DNA of 25,175 nt from a virus (lineage: Duplodnaviria > Caudoviricetes): IMG/VR virus record IMGVR_UViG_3300035670_001168, positions 1 through 25,175 of that record; one strand, given 5' to 3'. Of the stretch, positions 1-7,944 are shown one piece after another. Made by a program: the position numbers and the translations under genes. A model generated the notes under the pieces. The model did not search any database. It was not told the DNA's origin and was given only the letters and a program-made list of their open reading frames with translations. How positions within the stretch are numbered: position 1 is the first letter of the stretch; each line of letters starts with the position of its first letter.

Positions 1-2
1 CA

Positions 3-1205
3 AAACAAGAATTTACTGAACTAGATCAAAGAGAACTAGATTACTCAGAAGCTCTTCGAACAGCCTCTATCCTACTCGTTGGAGATGCGCCTACTCTTTC
101 TGAGATCTACGAACTCGGGGATCTTCCACCCGATCAGCAAAAATTTAAGTACGAAGAGCTTATTGATAAGAAACTGACAGATCCCAGACTCGCTGCAACT
201 TTAGTGGAATTCTTCAAATACACTTTTAAGATGAGCGGTCCGTCTACCACGATGGGAGAACCTACTCGTGATACTGCGCCCGTTTTTGCAGCTAAAGTAG
301 TTTATGAAGAGAAAGATTGGAGAAACATTCTTGTTCAAGAGTCTAATACTTGTCCTACTTTTAATTCCATAAACAACGTTTTTATCGATGGTAATTGTAA
401 TAATCTTCCTTCGGGTATGAACCATTCAGGAATTCTAACAGACCCAGGAGTACAAAGTCTTTATTACGGTAATTTATCTTTTAGACGCAATCGTTTTTTT
501 CATGAAACTTTTCTATGTAGATCAGGAAATGAACAATCGGGAGGAGAACCCACCGACCAACCGCCGTCCGATGCACCTTGTAGTGGAGAATTACCGATTC
601 CTGGTTATCAAAACAAATGGCCAGTAAGCGAAATAGCAGGAGAGTGCAATGGTGGCCGCGTAGACTTCCATGCATATAACAGCAGTAACGTATGCGCGAA
701 TTGTCATTCAACATGGAATCATAGAGCACCGTTATTTAGTCAATTTGACTCGAAGGGAATATTCCAACCCTTAACGATGGCAGGTGAATATTCCGTTTTA
801 GTCCCCGTGAACGGTTCTCCACGGGCAAAATTGAGCGATTGGCTATGTACGGCACCGTCATGTCCGAATAATGGAAATAATTTAACCGCGTGGAAAAAGA
901 CCATGCGCGTTGATGGAGTAGAGGTATCTGCTCCCGCTGCGAACCTAAAAGAACTGGGTCAACAAATGGCAAAAGACGATGAGGTCGTAGAATGCGCAAT
1001 AAAGCGAGTTTGGAATTATGCGATGGGGCGCGCCGATATTACAGAAATTGGTGGTAGATCATGGGTGTCGCTACCAGATCGTAATGATCCAAATCCTGAA
1101 TTGATTACTATGTCAAAACTAGTAAAACAATTTAAGAATGATGGATATAACCTAAAAAAAGTTCTAAAAACGATTCTACTATCTGATGACTTTACGAGGT
1201 TTTGA
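3..1205 (+). CDS. DUF1549/DUF1553(DUF1585/1588)-like CxxCH protein, 5'-partial
   Basis: The frame of ORF 204..1205 is open back to base 3 (KQEFTELDQRELDYSEALRTASILLVGDAPTLSEIY...YEELIDKKLTDPRL), resembling the DUF1549 'RxxLDLxGxxPTxxE...YxxLVDxLLxSP' pattern. CANCH motif. C-terminal KRVWNYAMGR...FKNDGYNLKKVLKTILLSDDF resembles the DUF1553/DUF1585 ending. Confidence 0.7.
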   Translation, partial: KQEFTELDQRELDYSEALRTASILLVGDAPTLSEIYELGDLPPDQQKFKYEELIDKKLTDPRLAATLVEFFKYTFKMSGPSTTMGEPTRDTAPVFAAKVVYEEKDWRNILVQESNTCPTFNSINNVFIDGNCNNLPSGMNHSGILTDPGVQSLYYGNLSFRRNRFFHETFLCRSGNEQSGGEPTDQPPSDAPCSGELPIPGYQNKWPVSEIAGECNGGRVDFHAYNSSNVCANCHSTWNHRAPLFSQFDSKGIFQPLTMAGEYSVLVPVNGSPRAKLSDWLCTAPSCPNNGNNLTAWKKTMRVDGVEVSAPAANLKELGQQMAKDDEVVECAIKRVWNYAMGRADITEIGGRSWVSLPDRNDPNPELITMSKLVKQFKNDGYNLKKVLKTILLSDDFTRF

Positions 1206-1206
1206 T

Positions 1207-2208
1207 ATGAAAAATAAATTTATTCCTGGTTTAGTATTCGTCATCTTTTATTTAATTTCTGCCTGCGGTGCGGAAGCGCCCGAAATCGGAGAAAATTTTT
1301 GTCCCGAAATACCAAACCAAGCCGGTGCTGGTGGAACATCAATGGTAACAGTTTCAGTATCAGCGACAGTCACATCTACGTCTCAATCTATAACGTCTGT
1401 AGGATCGTCTATGGGTTCCGGCGGAATGGAATTACCGAAATATGACGTACCAAATCTTGATGAAATAGCGTCGCGACTACATTCTTGTCATAAGTTTTCA
1501 TATGTTCAATTAGGAAACTTTTTAAGATCTCGTGGCGCGATTATTCCGCAAGGAAATTTAAGCGATACTAAGGCTACAACAACGCCAATTTTTGGTCAAA
1601 ACGTTACGCTAAGTAGCGTTTTTGGAGGTAGCGGTAATTCTTGCGAAATGGCTATCACAAACGCTAATGGCACTAACGACCCTGTATGTTCGCCTAATGA
1701 AACATGTTTTTGTAATCAAGACGATAAAACTAATCAAGTTAATCGTAGCTGTTTAGACGTTGGTAATAATTCGCCCGATGCAGCAGACGGTTATTGCGTA
1801 GCAAAACCAGCTACAGCAGGTTATCTATATTTTGCAGGTAAAGACGCGCTTGGCGTTCCTAGATTAGATTCACGCTTAGCAGAAAAAGAAGAACACTCGA
1901 CTGCATCTGCCATGAAATTAATGGATATATTCATTCAAGCTGCTCCTCAAATTATTGCAAATATTTCGGATCCGATTAAGGCACCTGCATGTTCTTTAAA
2001 TGGTATAAATAAACCCATGTTTGCATCCGATGGTAGTTGCGTTGAAGAATCAGTGAGTTGTTTAATTGGAACACCGGCTACTGATGATCACATATTATTG
2101 TGTAATTTATTAGTCGACAAAGCTGATAAAAGTAGTTTAACTGATGTTTCTAAGAAAAGAATCATCGTCGTCGCGACGTTACTTGCTGCAGCACATTCAT
2201 GTCAGTGA
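1207..2208 (+). CDS. Cys-rich lipoprotein
   Basis: ATG at 1207 with GAGGT upstream. MKNKF, a hydrophobic stretch, then lipobox ISA-C; Gly/Ser/Thr linker (GAGGTS...SMGSGG); many Cys. Confidence 0.75.
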   Translation: MKNKFIPGLVFVIFYLISACGAEAPEIGENFCPEIPNQAGAGGTSMVTVSVSATVTSTSQSITSVGSSMGSGGMELPKYDVPNLDEIASRLHSCHKFSYVQLGNFLRSRGAIIPQGNLSDTKATTTPIFGQNVTLSSVFGGSGNSCEMAITNANGTNDPVCSPNETCFCNQDDKTNQVNRSCLDVGNNSPDAADGYCVAKPATAGYLYFAGKDALGVPRLDSRLAEKEEHSTASAMKLMDIFIQAAPQIIANISDPIKAPACSLNGINKPMFASDGSCVEESVSCLIGTPATDDHILLCNLLVDKADKSSLTDVSKKRIIVVATLLAAAHSCQ

Positions 2209-2220
2209 AAGAAGGATAAT

Positions 2221-3822
2221 ATGGCAAATTGGAAATTAAAAGAACTTCAAAACGAGAGACGTCGTACTTTTTTGAAGATGGCAACCGTAGCGGCTACTGC
2301 GATCGGTATTGAGCGTTCTAAGTTGTTAAATTTTTTAGCAGACGAAGGTGGTAGCGGATTAGCAGAAGCGGCTGGTTCGACGTATGGTAGATCGTTGTTA
2401 GTGCCTGCGCCTAATGGTTCACAAGCATGGTTTCAAGAACTATGGCCCGTCGCGGATGTTGGTTTTAAGGCATGTCAAAATGCTAATGTGCCAGGTTTAT
2501 CCTCGCAATTTGGCGGATTTTCTTCATATCTTTATACTTCGCAATACGGGTATAATCCTGCGAATGGGTATAGAGGTACTTATACTTGGGGCAAAGGAAA
2601 CTCGATGCCGACATTACCCATGGGCGTAAAAGGTTGGTCGGGTGGAGATAAAACTTTCTTTTATGGACCTCATGCGCCATGGTTTGATCACAACCTTGGC
2701 GTACCAAAATATCCCGTGTCTGCCTTTATGTCGGGTAAAGATGAAACCCACACCGAATTTCCAATTTCTCAAGTTACCTTGTCGGGCAATGCGTCAATGC
2801 AAGCAGCGCTGGCTTCGCTAGGTGCAGCAGGTTCATCGGCTATTGTTCCTGTATTGGGTATCGATCCTGTAAAATATGGTAGAGCGCCTGGCGCTCCTGA
2901 AGTTGCTACTGTTCCTTCCTCTGCGGGTATGATCGATTTGTTTAATTCTGCAGCAAGTCAATTTGCATTAGCGACTAAGGCAGATCAGGAGTTGTTTGAA
3001 ACTTATTATAAGGCATTAATTGGTCTCAGGAAATCTTCGGAACGTTCTTCTTGGGCGCCACAGTTACAGATAACCAAAAATGCGGCTCGTATCATTGGAC
3101 TAAATTTCGCAGCACAGCTTACTCCAACCAGTCAAGATCTAAATGACTTTGGAATTCAGGAAATGATTGATAGTATCAATGCATCTTCTGTGTATATGAC
3201 AGCAGCGCAAAGAAGAGGAATAGAAGAATTTGGAAGAACGCTAATCGTCGTAGCTAAAGCATTTACGTTGGGCTTAAGTAAAACTGCCATTGTCGCTCTT
3301 TCGCCGGGTCCAACTAGCGATACAACCTTTACTGATCCACACGTGTCATTTGATGGTATGACGCAAATGAACCAAGCGCGTAACACGACTAAGCATCTTG
3401 GAAAAATTCTTGATAGTTTTTACAATTATTTATCCCAGCAAATAGATCCAGAAAGCCCGACAGAAAAACTAGATCAAAATACCGTTTTTGTGGCTTATGG
3501 TGATACGCCACATACACCCCTACAAGGTAATACGTGGCCTGATGCAACGCCCGACGCGTGCAATTGGACATATGTCATGGATCCAAAAGGGTACATCAAG
3601 AATGGGTGGTTCGGTCAAGTTTACGCGAATAAAGTCAATGGTAAAAATGCAGTGGGATTTAATCCGCTGACAGGAGCCGACGATATTACAAAAACCTCAG
3701 AACAGGTATCTGCTTTTGCCTCCACAGCTGCCGTATACGCAGTTGCAAGAGGAGATGGTAATAAAACAGCCGAATTTGGCAATTCACCAAATATTATTGC
3801 GGGTTTAATAAACTCGAAGTAA
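2221..3822 (+). CDS. Twin-arginine DUF1501-like protein
   Basis: RRRTFLK Tat-like motif; AAGGA RBS. C-terminal TDPH...NTVFVAYGDTPHTP...WPD parallels the DUF1501 'WDxH...TLVxxxGEFGRTP...DHWP' layout. Confidence 0.6.
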   Translation: MANWKLKELQNERRRTFLKMATVAATAIGIERSKLLNFLADEGGSGLAEAAGSTYGRSLLVPAPNGSQAWFQELWPVADVGFKACQNANVPGLSSQFGGFSSYLYTSQYGYNPANGYRGTYTWGKGNSMPTLPMGVKGWSGGDKTFFYGPHAPWFDHNLGVPKYPVSAFMSGKDETHTEFPISQVTLSGNASMQAALASLGAAGSSAIVPVLGIDPVKYGRAPGAPEVATVPSSAGMIDLFNSAASQFALATKADQELFETYYKALIGLRKSSERSSWAPQLQITKNAARIIGLNFAAQLTPTSQDLNDFGIQEMIDSINASSVYMTAAQRRGIEEFGRTLIVVAKAFTLGLSKTAIVALSPGPTSDTTFTDPHVSFDGMTQMNQARNTTKHLGKILDSFYNYLSQQIDPESPTEKLDQNTVFVAYGDTPHTPLQGNTWPDATPDACNWTYVMDPKGYIKNGWFGQVYANKVNGKNAVGFNPLTGADDITKTSEQVSAFASTAAVYAVARGDGNKTAEFGNSPNIIAGLINSK

Positions 3823-3851
3823 GACATAAGTAAATGCTAGAATCAGACATG

Positions 3852-3880
3852 AGGGAGGCTAGAATAAAGTCTCCTTTTTT
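3852..3880 (+). terminator. Rho-independent terminator of the three-gene operon
   Basis: GGAGGCT-agaataa-AGTCTCC hairpin followed by TTTTTT. Confidence 0.75.
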
Positions 3881-3955
3881 ATTTGTAACTTTATTATGTT
3901 TTATTAAAAGAATTTTTAAAAGTATGTTAGTGTCTCTTAATTATTATAAAATGTA

Positions 3956-4189
3956 ATGGGTCCGATCTTAAAACCAAACGACGTTGGTGCGCAACTGTTT
4001 CGAGTAAAAGGCGAACTTGAGAACATGTTAAAATCGATCAGATCGTGGCGCACCAGCGGGCTTGATGGTAGCGGAATAGTTCCGATTGAGGTATTACCTC
4101 TTGAAACTAAAATTGAAGCTTCGCTAAGAGAAGTAGAAGAAATGATTAAATTAGTTTCGCGCATAAAACCATCACGTAAAAAAAAGTAA
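3956..4189 (+). CDS. Hypothetical protein (77 aa)
   Basis: ATG-started ORF filling the gap between terminator and next gene; helical, basic C-terminus. Confidence 0.7.
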   Translation: MGPILKPNDVGAQLFRVKGELENMLKSIRSWRTSGLDGSGIVPIEVLPLETKIEASLREVEEMIKLVSRIKPSRKKK

Positions 4190-4212
4190 TACAAGAAAGA
4201 GTATATACTACT

Positions 4213-4740
4213 ATGAGAATCACAGAATCGCAACTTCGAAAAATCATTAAACAAGAAATTACTAGAAAAGTATTAAAAGAAGCAGTCGATGCTAAGTCGA
4301 TTGTAGATTTAATTACAAAAGATAAAATTAAGGATCCCAACGCCTTAAAACAAGCGCTAGAAGGTCTTGGCGACGTAGACGGAGTAAAAGATGCTTTTTC
4401 AAAAAGTGCTGACGAAATAAAACAAGCATTTACGGGAGTCGGGGGACAAGAAAAAGATTTCGACGCAATCGTCAAGGAAATAGAAACTGGCAAATCTTCC
4501 GTCGCGGGCAGCTTGAACACCGCAGTTGCTAATGCAGCGAAGGCACTAGGAATGCCAGATTTAGCTCAAGATCTTAATTCGGCAATTACGGCCTTGAAAG
4601 CGGGAAAAGATATTAATAGCATGAGTTCATCGTTGTTAAAGCCGCTAGCAAAACTCGGCGCTGAATTAATTATGGGAAATGCCGAAGCAACAAAAGCTGC
4701 GGGTATCGCTCTTGCTAAAGCAGGTGAGAAAAAGATCTGA
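4213..4740 (+). CDS. Hypothetical phage protein with an N-terminal 'ITESQLRKIIKQE' motif (possible internal head protein)
   Basis: MRITESQLRKIIKQEI...VLKEA, a motif I recognise from large phage genomes; Ala/Lys-rich helical body. Confidence 0.75.
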   Translation: MRITESQLRKIIKQEITRKVLKEAVDAKSIVDLITKDKIKDPNALKQALEGLGDVDGVKDAFSKSADEIKQAFTGVGGQEKDFDAIVKEIETGKSSVAGSLNTAVANAAKALGMPDLAQDLNSAITALKAGKDINSMSSSLLKPLAKLGAELIMGNAEATKAAGIALAKAGEKKI

Positions 4741-4753
4741 ATTAAAAAGTTTC

Positions 4754-4781
4754 TTGTACATACAATTCGCGATGTCATAAT
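4754..4781 (+). promoter_or_regulatory. Sigma70-like promoter
   Basis: TTGTAC (4754-4759), 16-nt spacer, CATAAT (4776-4781) with the extended -10 TG at 4773-4774. Confidence 0.55.
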
Positions 4782-4838
4782 GTTATCTCATAACAACGAG
4801 AGCCTAATAAAATGCTCTTGTCCATGGAGAATATCATT

Positions 4839-5114
4839 ATGAAGACACGTAAGAATCGCAAGTTTGTTTCGCAAAATCGCAACGCTGTTATCCGTACTCG
4901 TGAGGATCGTACGGGTAAGCTTCGTACTGAGACTGCTCGTCGCGACGCAACGACAATTACAGCAGCAGTTAGCACCAACCGTAAGACCGATTCTACTCGC
5001 CTGTTCATCGATTTTCCAAATCGTGGCGGCGCCGTAGAGCTTACTGGTTCAGAGGCACGTACGCTTTATCGTTTGCTTCAGAAGCACTATAGCGAGACTG
5101 GTAAGTCTTACTGA
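4839..5114 (+). CDS. Small Arg-rich basic protein (91 aa)
   Basis: GGAGA RBS at 4826-4830 favours the ATG at 4839; codons visibly biased to CGT and ACT. Confidence 0.8.
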   Translation: MKTRKNRKFVSQNRNAVIRTREDRTGKLRTETARRDATTITAAVSTNRKTDSTRLFIDFPNRGGAVELTGSEARTLYRLLQKHYSETGKSY

Positions 5115-5136
5115 TTTTTAAGTAAGTCTAGTCTTT

Positions 5137-5171
5137 GGTCGGATTCCTCCTCGGAGGAACCGACCTTTTTT
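5137..5171 (+). terminator. Rho-independent terminator
   Basis: GGTCGG-a-TTCCTCC-tc-GGAGGAA-CCGACC stem followed by TTTTTT. Confidence 0.85.
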
Positions 5172-5187
5172 AGTTAGGAGAGTCGAC

Positions 5188-5769
5188 ATGAAACTAGAAA
5201 ACGCTGAAGTTTTATTACTTTCTCAAATTCTTTTCCAAGTAAAATCTCTTCCAAACCAAAACTGGGAAGCATCAGAACAAATCAACTTACTTTATAGTAA
5301 GCTTTGTAATCATTTAGTCACTTCTCTTTCACAGCAAAGTGAAAACGAATCAGACGTCGATTTTTTAAAAACAGATTATTTACATGATGAACTTCGTGCT
5401 TGGCAGGAATCAGAGTCTGATGAACATGATTCTTGTGGTCTGGCAGAAGAACTAGATTCGTTAGATATTGACGGAGTAAATCATCTAAAACTTTCCACCG
5501 GGGTGCTAGTAGAACTTGAACCCCTTCGTGTTGACTATAAAGGTAAACGATCGATGATTTTTGAAAGCGGCATCTCTAAATCATCTCTAGATATTAACTT
5601 TGATGATGGAGACGAAATTTTGTGTGACGTAACAGCAATCGAAAGATTCGCCGATAAGCTTAAAATTTATTGCGCAGAAGGTTGTGTTTTCTTCGACGTT
5701 GCAAAATTTCCAAAGACGTGGACAAGTTTACTACAAACAAAAACCTGTTATAAGGTAATGTATACATGA
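5188..5769 (+). CDS. Hypothetical acidic protein (193 aa)
   Basis: AGGAG RBS; ATGA overlap with the next gene. Confidence 0.8.
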   Translation: MKLENAEVLLLSQILFQVKSLPNQNWEASEQINLLYSKLCNHLVTSLSQQSENESDVDFLKTDYLHDELRAWQESESDEHDSCGLAEELDSLDIDGVNHLKLSTGVLVELEPLRVDYKGKRSMIFESGISKSSLDINFDDGDEILCDVTAIERFADKLKIYCAEGCVFFDVAKFPKTWTSLLQTKTCYKVMYT

Positions 5770-6005
5770 AACTTACTTTAAGCCCTGAGCAATTTTTAGC
5801 TGTATATAATTGTGTAACCGTTAATCAAGGTTTAACCGCGCAAGAAGTTAAATCAAAAATGGATCTAGTTCTATTAGACGCTTTATCTTCGATCGACGAA
5901 GTACAGAATCAATCCAAGTTTTCTCATTGGGCAAAGCAAGAAGAAGACAAGATATCTAATCTTCAACATGAATTAAAAACCATCAGTAAGTCATCTATCA
6001 CTTGA
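5766..6005 (+). CDS. Hypothetical protein (79 aa)
   Basis: ATGA-coupled to the upstream gene. Confidence 0.75.
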   Translation: MKLTLSPEQFLAVYNCVTVNQGLTAQEVKSKMDLVLLDALSSIDEVQNQSKFSHWAKQEEDKISNLQHELKTISKSSIT

Positions 6006-6014
6006 GTATAACAT

Positions 6015-6194
6015 ATGTCGGCTTTGACAGAAGAATTATTACAACAAATTTTTGAACTAGAAGAACGCATCAAGGTTGAACAATCGACCGGAAGAAACGT
6101 TCAAACCTTGATTGATCGATTATCTCTTTTAAAAGAACAATTTCAATTAATGAACGAGAATTTGACGAAATCTGACAAAGTGCTAAAGGGATAA
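6015..6194 (+). CDS. Small coiled-coil protein (59 aa), not in the ORF track
   Basis: Translated by hand: MSALTEELLQQIFELEERIKVEQSTGRNVQTLIDRLSLLKEQFQLMNENLTKSDKVLKG*. Fills the gap between neighbours. Confidence 0.75.
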   Translation: MSALTEELLQQIFELEERIKVEQSTGRNVQTLIDRLSLLKEQFQLMNENLTKSDKVLKG

Positions 6195-6200
6195 CATGTC

Positions 6201-6419
6201 ATGCAAAAAGTAGATTTGTATCAACCAATCGTACACGATAGAAAAGGTCCGCCACCTCTTGCTATTAGAGTAGGAGTTAATACGACAGGTGATTATATCG
6301 AAGGCGGTTCAGCGACAGGATACCTAAAACCAGAAACTTATATTTTACTTTCAGCATTGCCAGTCGAGCTACAAGAAAGAGTTAAAACAGCGGTACAAGC
6401 TATTATTTCTGGAATGTAG
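6201..6419 (+). CDS. Hypothetical protein (72 aa)
   Basis: AAGGGA upstream; collinear with neighbours. Confidence 0.75.
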   Translation: MQKVDLYQPIVHDRKGPPPLAIRVGVNTTGDYIEGGSATGYLKPETYILLSALPVELQERVKTAVQAIISGM

Positions 6420-6429
6420 TATTTAATAT

Positions 6430-6588
6430 ATGAAACAAGCCATGACTGGGTACGTTCCCTTCGGAGCGCGCCGAACAATGACACAAACCGAAGAAGAAAT
6501 TGCAGAAGAAGATATCGATAATGAAAAAAAAGAATCTTTAAGAAAGATGATAAGATTATTAGTCATCGAATCTTTAAAAGATTATTAA
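6430..6588 (+). CDS. Small acidic protein (52 aa), not in the ORF track
   Basis: Translated by hand: MKQAMTGYVPFGARRTMTQTEEEIAEEDIDNEKKESLRKMIRLLVIESLKDY*. Confidence 0.6.
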   Translation: MKQAMTGYVPFGARRTMTQTEEEIAEEDIDNEKKESLRKMIRLLVIESLKDY

Positions 6589-6593
6589 TTTTT

Positions 6594-6625
6594 ACTTAAA
6601 TTTTAAGTCGACGTCAATATTGACG
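6594..6625. repeat. Two adjacent palindromes upstream of the neck gene
   Basis: ACTTAAA-T-TTTAAGT (6594-6608) and perfect 14-bp CGTCAATATTGACG (6612-6625). Confidence 0.7.
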
Positions 6626-6645
6626 CTTGCTTATTATTTAAGGAT

Positions 6646-7827
6646 ATGCCTTTATTTTCTGACACCATTAGCCCGACGCCTTTTGGATTTTTTGATAGTG
6701 ACACTGCGTTTCAAGCAGAAGCTGACGGAATGATTACATTCGTTAAGCGCAAGCTTGGCGACGACGTGTTGTCTGTAGAATTAACTCGAAAAGAGATATG
6801 GGCGTGCTTTGAAGAAGCGTGTTGTGAATATTCAAGGTTAATTCATGAAACAAAAATTACGTCTGAGCTAACGAACGTATTAGGCGTAAACACTGGTTCT
6901 GCAGACTTTACCAACAAATATTCAAGACAAACGCTAGAATATTTGTTGCGCATGGCAGAACCTTATGCAACAGAAGCATATGTTGGTGGTTCATATGACG
7001 CAACGATGTGCTATGTAGATCTAATCAGCGGTCAACAAGATTATGACATTTATTCAGACGTAAAGGTATTGTCGGGCAGCAATGCTGGGGAAGTTTTCTT
7101 CGATACGCTGAGTGGTTCAAAAGGTAAATTAAAAATAGTCGAAATTTTTCATTTTGAGCCATTGGCAGCGCAAACGTTTCTTCTTAACGCATCTAATATC
7201 ACAAACTTCTTAGCGACTAATTTTAATTATGAATCGTACGTAAACTCTACAATATTCTACGTACTTCCTATATTTGAAGACGTCTTAAGAAGAGGAATGC
7301 TAGAAAGCGCCTTTAGAGTAAGACGCTCCAATTATAGTTATGAATTATTGGGTAGCAAGTTAAGAATTTACCCGATTCCAACCAGCGATTTGCAGTTGGG
7401 TAAAATGTATATCAAGCTTATGCCACCCCATGATCCGTATAAACCTCTGTACACCGATAACTCGATATACGGAATATCAGGTCCAAATAATTTTCCACTA
7501 GGTAATTTACCATTTGCTACGATAAATCAACCAGGTAGACAATGGATTCGTCAATACACGCTAGCGTTGTGTAAGGAACTGTTGGGTTTAATCAGATCTA
7601 AATTCCAAAACATACCAATTCCTAACGCAGACCTTCAATTAAACGGCGAAGCTTTAATCTCGCAAGGAAGAGAAGATAAAGATAAGTTAATAAACCAAAT
7701 GAAAGAATTTTTATTAAATATGACTAAGTCTAAGTTGTTAGAAAATGATGCTCTAGCAGCAGAAAACTTAAATAAACAACTTAGGTTTATACCAATGCCT
7801 CTTGGAAAGAGTATTCAAATTGGATAA
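6646..7827 (+). CDS. Neck (head completion) protein, T4 gp13-like
   Basis: N-terminal KRKLGDDVLSVELT and C-terminal WIRQYTLALCKELLG..RSKF..IPIP....LNGEALISQG match the gp13 family pattern. Confidence 0.8.
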   Translation: MPLFSDTISPTPFGFFDSDTAFQAEADGMITFVKRKLGDDVLSVELTRKEIWACFEEACCEYSRLIHETKITSELTNVLGVNTGSADFTNKYSRQTLEYLLRMAEPYATEAYVGGSYDATMCYVDLISGQQDYDIYSDVKVLSGSNAGEVFFDTLSGSKGKLKIVEIFHFEPLAAQTFLLNASNITNFLATNFNYESYVNSTIFYVLPIFEDVLRRGMLESAFRVRRSNYSYELLGSKLRIYPIPTSDLQLGKMYIKLMPPHDPYKPLYTDNSIYGISGPNNFPLGNLPFATINQPGRQWIRQYTLALCKELLGLIRSKFQNIPIPNADLQLNGEALISQGREDKDKLINQMKEFLLNMTKSKLLENDALAAENLNKQLRFIPMPLGKSIQIG

Positions 7828-7944
7828 GTCGAAATTTTGAAAGATTTTATGAAACCGAATATTGAACAATTACTCTCGATAAATTGTAATGTGACGTATT
7901 CGAAATCCTTATAGAATATCGTCGCGTAGAATCATATTTAGGTC

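Noticed and set aside
201-3827. Short antisense and alternate-frame ORFs over the first operon
   Set aside because: They lie within long motif-bearing genes and have no recognisable features of their own.
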